Part shown: positions 1 through 15,118 of the stretch, one piece after another
Layout of the letters: each line of letters starts with the position of its first letter
Position numbering within the stretch: the stretch's first letter is position 1
Assembly (NCBI GenBank): GCA_044892525.1
Contig: CM097885.1
Span: 13,208,001-13,272,000, forward strand
Source: Schmidtea polychroa
Lineage: Eukaryota
Reading direction: 5' to 3'
Length of the DNA stretch: 64,000 nucleotides
The notes under the pieces: model-generated
Databases searched by the model: none
What the model was told of the DNA's origin: nothing
Seen by the model: the letters and a program-made list of their open reading frames with translations, nothing else
Translations under genes and position numbers: made by a program

Positions 1-486
1 AAAACCACGTTTTCTTTATTCATCGATTTCCCGTTGTCGTTACTCACACTCCATTTCAGACATATCCCTGTACGCGTGTACACACATAGGTATTCGCCTC
101 CCCATCCATCTCTTCATACACCTGTATACGCCCATCTATTCACGTCAGTGAGCTTGCCGGATTATCTGGGTATTCGATTCGGTTTTAATCACGTTCAAAC
201 ATCCAACATACTCTATTTAAATTTACTGCATTCTCGATCCTCGTTTTTGTCAATTAGTTTTTAAATGCCCAATTTGGCTTTTAATTAATTTAATTTTTAA
301 CGAAATATCGATCCTGATGAGGCATTATCTCCTAGAAATTTAGAGAAAACATTCAATTTCATGTCTTCACTATTGCTTCAAAAACATATAAAAAACGTTG
401 ATCTTTTCAAATTACATTATTAATTAACTTTGTTTAAGCTAACTATTTTAATCTAAAATCTTGTTTAACACTGGGTGGTAATTTGA

Positions 487-491
<5 letters not shown>

Positions 492-560
<69 letters not shown>
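492..560. repeat. (AT)n microsatellite
   Basis: Uninterrupted AT dinucleotide run. Confidence 0.97.
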
Positions 561-562
<2 letters not shown>

Positions 563-959
563 CAGGATTAAACCAGTGAATCGGATTTTACCACTAAATT
601 CGGGTACACTGGGGTGATAAGTATTAGTGACGAGCCTAGCTACTCGTGTTACTTGCTTATCCCTCAGTTGTACTCGTCATGAGTGGTGTAAGCACCATTT
701 TCGTATTGGAGGGTAATTTATTTTATTAAAATGCTTATTTTTAGATATTTAAACGGTAAGTTTACAACTGAAAACTGAAATAGAAGCGCTAGTCGGAGCA
801 TACGGGTATAAACTACCTAGCAAACTTTTCAGGAAAAGGTGAATTATTGGAATTTTATCGGCTCTCAAAACGAACAATTTGCACAATAAAAGTTCCTATT
901 TTGTTTAGTTATTTTTTTTTCTTTTTTATTCATTCACTCTTATGCTTTTTTATTCTATT

Positions 960-1476
960 TATAATAATAATAATAACATTGATAGCAGTAATAATAATAA
1001 TAGTAATAATAATAATAATAATGATAATAATAATCGCAGTAATAATAATAGCACTAGGGTAATAATAATAACACATGCAAAATTATAAAAATTTTTAGGA
1101 TTATACAACTTGGGGTCTTTAGGGGGAACGGTGGTTATATTTTTATAAGGTTATTTTATAAATCTATATATACATACACATACACATACATACATATTTA
1201 TATATATAATTTAAATTATTGTGTCGTCGTTTTCTGGGGGGCTGTTACTAAAAATAGATTTTAGTGGTTTTCTAAAATTTTATTGGAAGATAGGGTCATT
1301 GAAACTAAATTTAGAGATAGGGGAATCCCAAAATCAATAATTTGTTTTATAATTTTATTTTCATGAAATAAAGATAATTATTTTAATAATATAATAATAA
1401 TAATAATGATAATAATAATAATAAGAGTGATAATGTTACTGGTAACAATACTAATAACAATAATAATAACAATAAC

Positions 1477-1510
<34 letters not shown>

Positions 1511-1556
1511 TTAATAACAACAACAAAAATACTAATAACGATAATAATAATAATAA
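960..1556. repeat. Degenerate (AAT)n microsatellite tracts (~960-1070 and ~1390-1556)
   Basis: ATA/AAT trinucleotide runs that produce the poly-Ile ORFs at 847 and 1406. Confidence 0.9.
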
Positions 1557-1867
1557 ATGTAAATTTATATTTTTATAAGATACCTATGGGGGAGGGTCAT
1601 TTATGAAAATGTACAATTTATAATTTATTGCTTTTTCGTTGAAGAATAAAAATATTTTATATGTTCATTTTATAGAAAACTGAGCTACAGAAAACTGTTA
1701 TAAAACTAATCATAAAATAAATTTACATAAATTTTTAATCAATTTAAGTTAACACTTCTGTCTGGTGAGCATAATAATGGATAACTAACAAAACCGCAAA
1801 TTAGGAGCAGAGAAACTTAGATTGAAGAAACAAATTTATAGAAACCATTGCTGAAAAATGTGTTAAA

Positions 1868-3465
1868 TTGACAAATATTTTTGCATGTCCGCATTCGTTT
1901 ACATCTAATACAGTGGCAGGAACAGTGGTAGTAACTGAAGTTGTTACTAGTAGTTCATATCAAGGTCAAGAACTAGTATGCATCGAACAACAGTTAGATG
2001 ATCAGAAATCAGAAATTGAACACATTACGACACAACATGCTGATACCTCCGTTCTTGCAACAAGCGGGCTACAAACTGAGCAAGATAACAATGGAATTAC
2101 ATTGTTTAATTATTCTGTATATCCTGAAAAAGGTCGATTCAATTTATTTCTTAAGTATCATCCGAAGCAAGACATCAGTGATCCTGTGTTAAAAAATGCT
2201 ATTTATCGGAAAGATGGTTCTAATCGGAAGTGGCTGACATATAACGAGACACAGAATGCTTTATTTTGTTCAGTTTGTATAGCGTTTTCTACGACTTCAG
2301 ATTCCAATTTCTTTCCTTTAATACGAGTAATAAAAGATAGAAAGTATGTTTATGCCAGAGTCAAGGAACATGAGAAACCCGAAACGCACCATGCTTGATA
2401 ATTTACTATTTTACAATCAAATACGAAAAAAGAGGAATTTTGCAGAAAATAATATATATTATTACATTTATTGGGGAGGATTCAGTTATAGAGGCAATAA
2501 GTTAGAAGCTGCATACAGTCTAGAAAACATGTCTGTAGATCAGGGAAACCTTTTGTAACTCGTTCTTCCTCATAGCAAATATGATATTAATTTGAAAGAC
2601 CATTTAAAAGATTGTATTGAGAATAGTAAAAAACCTCACGAGTCTCAAAAGGGTAAAGGCTGAGGATCTTTGTTAACGTTTCTTTCTAAATCCACCATTA
2701 ATAAAATCATTCAAGGACTCGGAGAACTTATAACACGAAATATTATTATTGAAGTACAAGACGCACATATGTTTTCATTACAAGTGGATACAACACAGGA
2801 CATTTCATGCAAAGAACAATGCTCAATTATTGTACGATATGTGACAGGCGATCGAGTATATGAAAGACTTCTCGCTGTTTTAGAGTATAAATCTTCAACT
2901 GCAAAGGATGTTTTCTTTAGTGGATTCAATTTTAAAGTTTTGTAATATAGACAACGTACATTGGTAATTCAACCGACGGGGCTGCAAATATACAAGGTCA
3001 ATATGATGGATTTTCTGCTTGGCTTTCCAAAGAGTACCCGGGGCAAATTCATGTCTTAAATTTAGTTTTAGGATATACTACTAAAGATATAATTGAAAGT
3101 GCATCATTCTTTAGCTTACTAAATGATGTTGCAGCATTTTTCGTGAATCCTATCAACGTATGAAAAACTAGGAACAAACTAAAGAGAATGAGAATAGGAT
3201 GACTAGGATAAGAATGGGATAAAGTAATGGAGAAACACGTTGGTGGACTAAAAGAAACAACGTTGAAAAAATTTTCCGTTCATTCTCAAACTCGGATTCA
3301 ACTATAAAGCCATAATATGTAAAGTTGATTATTACTTTGGAAACTATATAACAAAATTTAAATTTTAAGCCAGAAGTCCACGCAAAGGCAAAAGTATATT
3401 TAGAATCATTTTGTAAATATGAAACAGTGATCACAGCTAAAACATTCTTAAGTATATTAGAACCC
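1868..3465 (+). pseudogene. Decayed hAT transposase (ZMYM1/TTF-zinc-finger, DUF4371 type)
   Basis: Fragments across frames: RKWLTY..NALFCSVCIAF..VKEHEK..H (TTF-type zinc finger), FSLQVDTTQDISCKEQCSIIVRYV..ERLLAV (first catalytic D), and STDGAANIQGQY near 2970-3005. Multiple stops and frameshifts. Confidence 0.85.
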
Positions 3466-6400
3466 GTACCGTGAACCTTACCGGGAGTAGTCCTACCACG
3501 GGGGCTCACCTGCTGGTAAGTTCCGACCTGCGTGTGCATCACCAACGTGACATATCATCATGGGCACTCGCATGGGAGATTCATGTCAAATCATGAAGGA
3601 AACTGAGGGCGTCGATCTGAGCGCATAATTAATTTCCCTAGGTAACCAACACAAATAAAAAAATTAGTGAGATTTTGATGTCGTACAGAAAGTTGCAAAT
3701 GAGTTTATTGCTTGTTGAAGAGTTGAATAAATTTGAATACTCTGATATAGAAATAAAAGAAAACTTTCCTCAAAATTTTTATTGATTTAACAATTGTTTT
3801 TATTATTTAACTTAGTGTTTATTTTATGGTGTTCTTTTTTTAATAGGAAAAATGAATTATAATAAAAGGGACCCTATCCTCATACATATCATCATTAATT
3901 ACATATTATGTTTATTTTTTATTTTTAGGCACAGTATCATAAAAAATCATTTAAAAAAAGAAAAAATCACTTAAAATTCATCCGATTTTATGTAACAAAT
4001 ATTAAAAGCACTTAACGATGATGATAATAATGTCAATAGTGGTGATAATAATGACAATAATGATAAAACTATTATAATGATGTCTAGAAAATAGACCTCT
4101 ACATTACTAATCTCAGGATGCTGGGAACCACAATGACCCTAAAACTAGCAATTGCAAGAAATCGTTTCTAATAAAACAAACGCTATTGACAAATAACAAT
4201 CACTTAAAATCAATGGCAACAAAATTTAGTATATAGTCAAATCACTCAAAAATTCTTAGTTCAAGAAGAATTTAATAGTTGATATGGACTATTAAAAATA
4301 TAAATTAGAGCATACAGTATATCGAGTTCAGAAAAAGCGTTTGATAAATTGCAATACAAGGCACTCAATACATATAAATATAATTATTTGTATACACATT
4401 GCAACAAATAAATTTAAAGGGGGTTGTGGTATTTTCATCAGGTAATTACTTTGTAATTGTAATATCAGGATAAAATTTATTAACCAGTGTTCACTTATTT
4501 ATTAATTTAAGATACTAAGTTGAGATTTTTCCATCAATTCATCAACTTCAAATGTATTTTTGATAGTTGGTAGAGTACCAATAACTTTGAAAGATTTACA
4601 TTTCTAACTGTAGTGAAGAGAAGTGTGAAAAATTTTAAAATACAATTAATTACAAATTTATTAATTAAATTTAAATTAAAATGAACCGAATTAAAATTTT
4701 TTAATCTATGTGGATAGTTATGTCGTTATATTATAAGGTAGTAAATCAGTTCTATCTGTGTATGGGGATTATTCATTCATGGGATGTCAAAATTAATGTC
4801 ATAACCCGCTTATATGAGATCACTATCGTTCACCTCCATTTTCGTTTCTTGTACCCCCAATTCTTTTTGCTGACCCCTTGCAGATCGTCATAAACCTCTT
4901 TAAGAATCACCATTTTAAATAATTTGTCAAATTACAATTCCAAAAGATTTCAAACAATCGGAATAAAGCAGTATAATTGGCTGTAGTAGCTCCTATAATT
5001 TTGTTGAGTTCTTATATTTGAAATATGATTAACACAATATAAATTCATCTTTTATATAAAGAATGCCTGACTCCTAAGATATTACAAATAAACGGTGTTG
5101 TGTGTAAATAATTTAAAAACTAAATAAATCAAGTAACAAAGAATGTTTACAAAATTCGTTATAGAAAAAGGTTGTTTCGTTGTCTTATCTAGAAAGAGAT
5201 CAGTTATTCAAACCGTCCTAAGAAGCGAAAGCTGGCAGTAACTCCATAAAATGTGTTTAGATAAAGATACGTGAGATATCCTAAAATTTACGCGATCGCA
5301 TTAACACGGAGATATTGGTTGTCAATCCATTCTCAAATTTTAAGAATAAAAATACCCCTGTTGCGTAATTGATAAATGATAAAAAAAAGACAAGAAATAA
5401 AATTTTTAATTTATATTTCATGTACACCATTTACATCGATTTTAAACGGTACAGCAAAATTGAATGCAAACGAAGATTTAACAATTCTGGCCTGGAAAAT
5501 CAATAATAAATTCGGAGATTAAACATAACTTTTCTACCTGTCTTTTTATAGAATTTTCGGAATAAAGATTACCTGGACAATTCATGTCAAGATAAATTCG
5601 TGTATTAATATAATGTGACCAGGAATTACCTAGCGCAGCGTTTTCCAAATAAAAATTTGAATTTACACCAGTTATTTGATTGGTTAATAATACCTAATCA
5701 AATATATACAATTATTTGATAATAAGCATATTATTTTTTAAAATGTATATTAATTTACACTCAGCTCGGTTAAGTGAAAGTGATTTGACTTAACCCAACT
5801 CAAGAGATCTGATAATAAGACTAGGTTCAAATCAGGGAATTGAAAAATCGAATATGGTAGATTACACACAAAATTTGACTTCAGAGATTTCTTAGAAATA
5901 AAGACTCGCACCAAACATCGAGCTGATCATTAGAAACCATCGAGACGTATTTTTCAATCAGGGCCAAGGCAAATTTTTTTACTTTGATTGATTATTCACA
6001 TAACATGTCGTGGGAACAATGAGAAAAAAGAAAATGAAATAACAATTTTGAATAAAACATGTTTGACTTGTTTATCTACGAATTAACGGTTTAACACTCC
6101 ATACTATTATTACTTTTACTATTACTACTCCATATTATTATTAAATTCATTTTCACTATATTCTTCATTATTTGCTCCATACTTATTTGGGTTACATTAT
6201 AAAAGCGCGCATAATGTCACATTTATTTTCCTTTGATCTTATTTTTATGAATTTAAACTTTAGTAAAAATGAAAGATGGTTCATCAATATCTCAATTCAA
6301 GAATAGAAGATCGATACGAGGTCGATAGGGTCAGAATCTCAATAAGATTTTAACTGTTTTATTTAATAAATTTTTAATCATTACTCTGTTTGTATTTTTT

Positions 6401-6872
6401 AGTCGCATAAGCTGCAGCACATATTAGCTGCACCATTTGCATTGCAGAGACACAGTAGTTTATGGACCAAGTTGAACCATGTTGTCAAGGTCAGTTTTTG
6501 CAAAATACAATTTTCATTAATTTTCACTGTAAAAAACACTACGAACAAACTCTAAAAATTCATTATGATTTTTAAATGATCAGCCTATTACAGAAAGACA
6601 AATGTGACAATAATAATATGAAAAACTATTATATAGAAGTAATTTAATATCTAATTTAATAATTTTGTATTGATTAATTTAAATCGTAATCGAAGTTTTC
6701 TGCCATATTATGTGATTTTTAAATCCACGATTAGAAATGGCTGACGATAGTGAACCAAAACAAAAGAAACACGAGAATATTTCAGTTCAGCAAAGTAAAA
6801 AAAAGTTATCAATTAGGAATTTTGTAAATATAAATTCATTTATGATTTCTTTTCGAAAATTGTCCATTAATG

Positions 6873-9320
6873 CAGTGGTTTCCAACCCGGGAAACGCGGC
6901 CTATAGCTAGGGGAGGCGCCAACAAATTTTGTGTAAAAAATAATTTTCATACCATAATATCCACAAATAAATAAAACTTTCTATAGTAACGAAACTGTAA
7001 AAATTCAGTGAATAAATACTTATTTTTATTAAATTTCTATACATACATTTAATTCGTATATAAAAATTATCCGAAGAGGAAGATTTTAAAATTGGCGCCT
7101 TTGCAACGCTCTGTTTCGGTTTTTTTTAGTAAAGAGGTTTTAATTATTAGAATGGACCAAAACCCAGTTAAGCCGGGGAAAACCTTTTGTTTTTTAAGAC
7201 TTTCTTTACTTCGGCCATATATGGCGACCATACCCGTCAGGGGGTTTGGTTCTGGGTGGTATTACTTTGTTAGATGAGCCAACATTAAGTCACCAGTGTG
7301 ACGAAATAATCATACGCGCATACTAACGAATCACGATTCGCCCCCCACCGCTTACCGCTTTCATGGGGATTTTATTTACTCCTTCCTCTTGCCCAACCAA
7401 CCCCCCGCTCTGTTTCGGTAATGCACAAAACGCCCGCTAGTTGCACGAAACAATAGCCTCAAATTTATACGTCACTCGTCGCAAAAGTGTCAATTGAAGT
7501 GAATTGGCGGGGTGTGATATTGCTATTATCGTGATTTCTTTCTGAAAATAATCGTTAGTATATTTTCATATTTATATTTAATTATAATTAATTTTAAATT
7601 ATATCAATATAATATTTTTAGACAAATGGATAAATGATACTGATACAAGTGGGAATAACATGAAAAAAGAAGGAGGTAAAACTCCCAAGAAAAGAAAATA
7701 TTGTTGATCATATTTATCGTTAGGATTTACAAGTGTTGTTATATATGGCTCGGAAAAACCAATGTGTTTGTTGTGTTTGAAAGTCTTGGCTTCAGATAGT
7801 ATGAGACCAGTAAAATTAAAACGGCATCACGAAACTCTACACCCTGAATATGTTAACAAGCCCATAGAATTTTTTCAAAGAAAATTGCACGAGACAAATA
7901 TTCAAAAAGAAACGTTCAAAAAAATAGTAACTTAAATAATTAAAAAGTTATGTCTGTTTGGGCGCTACCGACGTAGGGCTAATTAGTAATTTAATATACA
8001 AATAAATATACAGGTTCGTATGTTATAGCAAAACCTTGTTTTTATTCTGTAATTGTAGTTGAAATTTTTTTGTAATAAACCTATTATTGTGTTAGATGAT
8101 GAGGGTAGGCCCATCACTACATTTACCCTAGACAAATACTACAGAACGGGGCCGAACAAATATAGGGTTAATGTGTTCGCTGAAGAACGGAAATAGGCAA
8201 AGCTCCAATGTTTCAACACTATCAATCCAATTCCGAAATCCCCTAACAGTCCAATTCAATACAATCCAGCAAGTCGAATAAACAATCTATGTATATTATC
8301 CCAATTGACAATTATGTATTAACTAAAATTCATTATTTACTGTGCTATTCGAACTATTTTTTATTTTACTTATTTTATAGAAGTTGTACATATTAGCTTG
8401 TTAATTTTATTTAATATATCTCTCTGTATACATATTTAATATTTTTATAAAAGGGTAAATTAAATTGGTAAATTAAATCATTGGTAATTAATCTTATAAG
8501 TAGGGATAAATAATATAACAATAAAATAATTTCATCAAAATAATGTATGGAAAAAACAATTATAATTATTAGAGTAATAAATTAATTAAATAATATCTGA
8601 AACATCTGGTAAAAGTGAATTCATTTTCTCAAGCATAAGAATGCTTGAAATATATTCATTACACATGTAAAAATAATAATTTAATATGAATGCTTGAAAA
8701 TATATTAAATTCATTTTCCTTAAGTACATATATAAAAATAATAAATAATAAGTATTCTTGAAAACAATTTTATAACTCTTAATATATGCTTGAAATATAT
8801 TCATTACACATGAAAACAATTTTATGTAGAAATAAAATAACTCTTAATATAATAATAAATTATTTTACAATAACAAAAAATTGTATAAATAGCGACAAAA
8901 AATTAGTTTTAGTCGCCCAAAAATATTGCGAAGAAATTATTATTCAAAGGTAAATCCAGCGGATAAATTAATAATTGAATCAGTACAGAAAGATTCACAT
9001 TTAAGACATAACACGCATATATAACACGTAACAAATACATATATTTTCACACGCATTTCAGTAGAAGATATTGATAGATAATTGTCAACCTTTTTAGAAT
9101 TGGAAATTTGGTAATTTTGATCATAATAAATTTTTTATATACACATATTAGTTTTGTTTTGATATATATATAAGAACCAGCAAGTTGAGTGTTCCCGAAT
9201 ATCGAGACCTCAACAATTGTTTAAAAGGTGTTTATATTATATATATTAAAAAAAAGATGGGGAGGCGCCAAGAAAATTTTTTTTGGGGAGGCGCGGTAGC
9301 ATAAAGGTTGGAAACCGCTG
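6873..9320 (+). mobile_element. Non-autonomous hAT (Buster/Charlie, ZBED5-like) element, internally deleted
   Basis: TIRs CAGTGGTTTCCAACC / GGTTGGAAACCGCTG with perfect 8-bp TSD CATTAATG. Remnant N-terminal BED finger at ~7690-7930 (YLSLGFT..KPMCLLCLKVLASDSMRPVKLKRHHETLHPEYVNKPIEFFQRK). Confidence 0.92.
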
Positions 9321-9872
9321 CATTAATGTAATCACTGTTATTGTTTTCTTTTCCGAAACTTGGGATCGAATTTCAATTTGATTAAATTTATAAATTGTGA
9401 TTGAATTTTCAACTTTACGGAATTCAGATTTATAAACTTTTTCATTTAAACTGAGTTTTAATGTAAAATTAACAATATTAGGGGTAGGATTTTTTTAGCT
9501 AGTATTCTACTAGCTGCAGTGTATCATATAAAATTTATATAGATTTCGATAAGACCGTCTAACAACTCACCACATCAGTCCACATGGGAAATCAGGAGTA
9601 TTCTGTGATTTATTTTGTTTTTGTTGGATTAAAGTATTTTTTTCTTGAAAGTTTTAATTTTGAAGTGTATTAAAAAATAAATTTTAGGTAACCTAAATGC
9701 TCAATGGATTTTCATACGCCAGATTCATTTATGATTTCCTTTCCAAAGTGCTGCTATGGGCCCAGCACTCTTTTAAAGTGGGTAGCCAGGGGAACAGTTT
9801 AAAGAAAAAGAAAAAAAACCTATATCTAATGAAATAACATTAATGTAATAAAAAATAACAAATTTAAATTAC

Positions 9873-10910
9873 TTATAGTAAAACATAAAAGTAATTAATA
9901 ATGAAAATAAGAATATTTAAAATTTTATTTAGCTTTCGATGGGCGTCCTCTGCGTTTAGGCAACGGTTGAGTTGAAGATTATTGTTCCGATGTAATTCCA
10001 GTAAATTGTATTGCAGGCTCTTCAATAGATTGACGCTGGATTTTGATTTAGTTGGTGCTCCTCTTCTACGCTTTTTAACAAGAGGAACATTCATTATTAT
10101 ATCTTCATCAAATACAGTTAAGTGCTCTCGAACTGCTATTGATATTGTATGATCAGAATAATAGTTCTTTTGCTAATAAAAGCAAGTGCAAGTTGAAAGT
10201 TCTAAGGATAGATATTTAAGATAATCCGGAAGCGTTGAAGAATTAATATCTATAACTGTTTTGTAAATAAATTGATTGGTTTTGTAAAGTAAGTTTTCTG
10301 ATTTATTTCTTTTTTTTCTTTCCAATATTATGCATGTAAATAATCAGCTGTCGAAATTGGCGGATTTTTTGAAAAACGATTAGATTTGGATTTGCTGTTT
10401 GTTCACCAACTTCATTTAACAAAAACGGTTCTCTATTGAGTGACCAATCTTCTACTTGTTTTGACATCACTTTTAAAAAACGAACCTTGTTCAGAGTTGA
10501 TTTATAGCTGCTAATTTTTCGTAAGATGTTGGCTTGGCAATATTTTTTTGTATACACCCATGATGACCATTGTAGTTATAATGATTAATTTCTAGATATA
10601 TAATAATTTCAGGTTCAGTTATACATTTCAATCTAGATTCGCAGTTTTTGCATTTGAACCAAATGACTTGATTTTTTGTATTCAAGCGAGTCCAGTTGGT
10701 TCCATAACATTGTTCATGTTTGAAAATATGTATTGTATCCTCGATACTGGTGAAGGTCTTCTCACTATTAAACTCGTAAGCCTTTGCTTTGCGACCTAGT
10801 CTACCTTTGACTCTTGTATTCTCTGGTTCAATGTCCTCTGCGATAAGGTTTGTATCATCAGCATCATTCGTCCGATGGTTCGGATTTTGAATATTCTTGA
10901 CTATCATTCA
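9873..10910 (-). pseudogene. Mutator-like (MULE) transposase remnant
   Basis: N-terminal WFKCKNC..LKC..H zinc-binding motif (10491-10907). Degenerate SWIM-like CTCFY..H near 10150-10195, followed by a basic KKRRRGAP tail. No intact DDE core seen. Confidence 0.6.
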
Positions 10911-11272
10911 ATTTTTTTGGTATTGACAATAAATCAAAAATATTATCACATGAAGTTACTTTTAGATAGAGATTTTTTAAATTAGGCACGGAAATATTAT
11001 TTTAGATAGCAATTTATTAAATAATATACATAAATATTAATTTAAATACATTCTTATTAATTTAGTTAGAAAAGTATTAAATTAAGTATAAGTGTATTAA
11101 ATTTAGGTGGTTACTCATTATAATTAGATAGTATTTTATTAAATTTAGTTATTCGAAATATTTAAGGTGTTTATTTAACTAATAATACTTAACTATTTTT
11201 TAGATGGTCCGAGGACGTTCCTGAAAACCAGGGCATTCTAGAAGTCAAATTGCCATATCAGTTGAATCCCTT

Positions 11273-11965
<693 letters not shown>

Positions 11966-12129
11966 ATAACTGTATATATCGGCGTATATAAATTAATAAA
12001 TTGCTATATAATAGTATAGAAACCGACCACCAAATGGAATAAAATAATGCGTAAAATCTAAAGCCACAATTGCACAAAAGTAAAAACGAGATAATTCAGC
12101 CGAGTTAATTATGTGTATGTTATAGAATG

Positions 12130-12820
12130 ACCCAAGAGAAATTTATGGAGTACGAAACCAAAAAGTCACAGCAGTTCACGGCTTAGAGTGGTCAGCAAGC
12201 TATGTCACTTGTGACTTTGAAAAAGCATTCATCAAAGCTGTCAATCAACTAATTCCAAATGCTGAAGCTGCTCTTTGCTACTTTCACTTGTCATAGTCTA
12301 TTTGGCTGAAAGTTGGAGAACTGAGACTCAAGAATGACTATCTTGCTGATCCAGAAATTTGGACACTGGTCAACTGCTTAAAATCCCTTTGTTTTGTACC
12401 ATTGGAGGATGTAGAGAAATCCTTTGATGAATTCTCGACTGTTGACTGGCAACAATTTGAGCCATTACGTAAATGCTTACATTGAATCGTACAAAATGAC
12501 AAGATTAAGAGGTCAAGCAGCTTCATCACTGCAAAGAGTTACCCCCAGATTACCCCATTAAAACTTAGAATCAGTTTGACAGAACTATGGGGGGAAGCCT
12601 GTAATGCCGCTTTTCATGCATCTTTTGGTTTCTCAATGTCAAACATGTGAAACCTTTTCAAGCAATTTCAAGTTGAAGCAAACAAGACCATGTCTGATTT
12701 GGCAGAAGTGGAGGCATTTCAGATTCAACAAAGCTCTTCTTACAATGTGTCAGAGTTATCATTCTTCTGACAACAAAATCAACTATTTAAATAAAATTGC
12801 CGTAGTTCTTGGTTCCTACT
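12130..12820 (+). pseudogene. MULE transposase core remnant
   Basis: Frame-broken VTCDFEK, CYFHLS..SIWLKVGELRLKNDY and FVPLEDVEKSFDEF segments, typical of MULE DDE transposases. Confidence 0.65.
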
Positions 12821-14496
12821 AGTATGTATTTTCACTAAATGGACTACGAATTTACTAAATACCACCTAAATGATCATGTTTTTATTGATTACTTTGTTGT
12901 ATATAGATTTCCTTAGATACTTCAAAATGTTAAGGATAACACTGATATTCATAAATAAACTATAAGAAACTCAAAATGTGATTTTACGAACTATATTAAT
13001 TAAGAATTCAGTTGCTCAAATATTCATGTTTTTATCAAGAATTTACTGAAAGGTAAAAAGGTCATGTTTTTAATATAAATGTGAATTTATTAAATTATTC
13101 TTATCATGTTTTTTGTCAAATATGCATCAATTGAATATAATTTTTGTCTGAATGTTTCTCGAATTAGCGTGTTATTGCTAAATTAATTTACTATATAATA
13201 TCTTCAAATATCCATGTATTTCTCACAAAGATGAATAACTGTATCGCTGAAATTATCATCCTTGCATTTTGTTGAAGATGATTATGGCGGTAATATCAGA
13301 GGAATAATGTATTTTTAATAAAGTTATTTCATGAATTGTAAATTTTCATATAAATTTGTTAAGAGCGTTATTAAATTTTTATTATTTTTTTTAATAAGTC
13401 ATACCCTTCGAGGAAGGGTAAGAAAAAATTGGGGAAATGTATGAGTCATAAAATTATGAGTCATGTTCTTTGTTCAAATGAACTTCAGTGGATTTTGGAG
13501 AGTATGAGTCAGACATCAGTAGGGGTTCTTTGTTAATACTCCGAAAACTTTTCGAAAAAATTATGACTCATGTTTTCACCTGACATGACTTGTTTGAAGA
13601 CGTGTTAGTCATACTATGAGTAACAAAGATGACGTATCAAAATGACCACTCACTCATCCTATATCAAATGAGTCATGCTTTTAGTCAGCCAATCAGAACG
13701 CTTTGTGCCAGAGGGCTCACACCTACCTACTTCAGCTCACTAAACAATTCCTATTCTACGAAACCTTCCCAAAACTCTCTTAGATTGCGATGCATTATCT
13801 GGTCTTAGATTCATAACGATTTAAACAAAGCAGTTAGTTTTATCTTATTTCCGATATGGTTATGGTTGCACCCTCATTAGGAAATTTGCAGATACATCAA
13901 TATGTGTGTTTCATATCGACAGATAAGACAAACATTTAAGTTTCGAACGTTTTATATAAAATTAAATGAATTTCCCATGATATGAACGATGTTCAGCAAT
14001 CACTTAATGAGCTCAGCATTCATAATACGATCTTCATCCCTAACCTCTTTATTTCATTCTCCCAGGACAACGAAAGCTTAGTGTTTAAAGAAACTAGAGC
14101 CAACTATATTATCTATTTTCCCCGACACATGCTTGTGAGTCGTTATTTTCACGGATTAATTTTTTAAAAATAATTCAAATAGATGACGGGTGAATCCAAT
14201 TTAGCGCATGTCTTAGTAAAACTAACACCATATGAATCAGATATAAAATTTCTGGCATCCATAGAACAACAATAAAAATTATTTGAAAATTCATGTTGCA
14301 AATATAAAAATAATGTTATTTTTATAATCAAATAAAATTGTAATAATATAGTATTTTTTAATTAATTTTATCCTTTATTGTGAACAGCACTGCGTGTTGG
14401 CAACGCGCTAATACTGAATTAGAGTAACTTTCTTAATTATTAACGTAGAAAAGAAGTTTGGTGAAGAAATTATATATAATTATATATCAATAAAAC

Positions 14497-14955
14497 CATA
14501 ATTACTGTGATATTAAACTCTATTGCTGTTTTTTTCAAAATAGATATAATTTTAGTCGACATTCGAGTACGTTCCACTAAGTCGCTGATAGTTCGAATGT
14601 AATAAGCCATACAATCAATTATCAGTAATTTTGGTTTAAATGCTTGTAAATATTCCCTTAAATCAGTAAATCTGAGAAAATCCATAAAATTATAAAAATT
14701 TAATAACAAATTATACATAGCATAAAAATTGTCCTTATCTGTAGGTTCAAAGAAATACAATTTAGAGAGCATTTTATTTGTATCTTTATCTGCTGGAATG
14801 GTCAGATTCTTTTTTAAAATTTGAAATAAACGATTCATTGAAAAATTGCCATTTGTATCAATGTAAAAAATACTAGACTGGTCTAAACTGTTTAAATGAT
14901 CTGCGACAAATGTCATGCACAATTGAGATTTACCACTGCCTGGGGGTCCGACTAA
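14497..14955 (-). CDS. RAD51 paralogue (RAD51D-like), downstream exons 14955-14717 and 14671-14497 (45-bp intron)
   Basis: Acceptor TTTTATAG precedes LVGPPGSGKSQLC (Walker A), then IFYIDTNGNFSMNRL and KLLIIDC (Walker B). Joins in phase 0 to the exon ending ..GTITE at 29303. C-terminal exons were not resolved, and RAD51D versus RAD51C/B is uncertain. Confidence 0.85.
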
Positions 14956-15118
14956 CTATAAAAAGTTCAAATTATAAATGTCGTTAGGAAAAAGTGATTA
15001 GATTATATAATGATTTCAACATTTTTGAAAATTTTATTGTTATAATTATAATCTTTTTCTTATTATAATTACTATAATTAAAGTATATTTTCTTTTATTA
15101 AAGTGACAACTTTTAATA

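Noticed and set aside
308..345. CTGATGA..GAAA possible hammerhead ribozyme
   Set aside because: Stem II pairs poorly, and no convincing stem I/III or cleavage triplet was found.
847..1606. Poly-Ile ORFs that look like membrane proteins
   Set aside because: They are translations of (AAT)n microsatellites.
4500..5990. Possible additional host exons
   Set aside because: Some splice-like signals are present, but I could not assemble a consistent frame or recognise a protein family.
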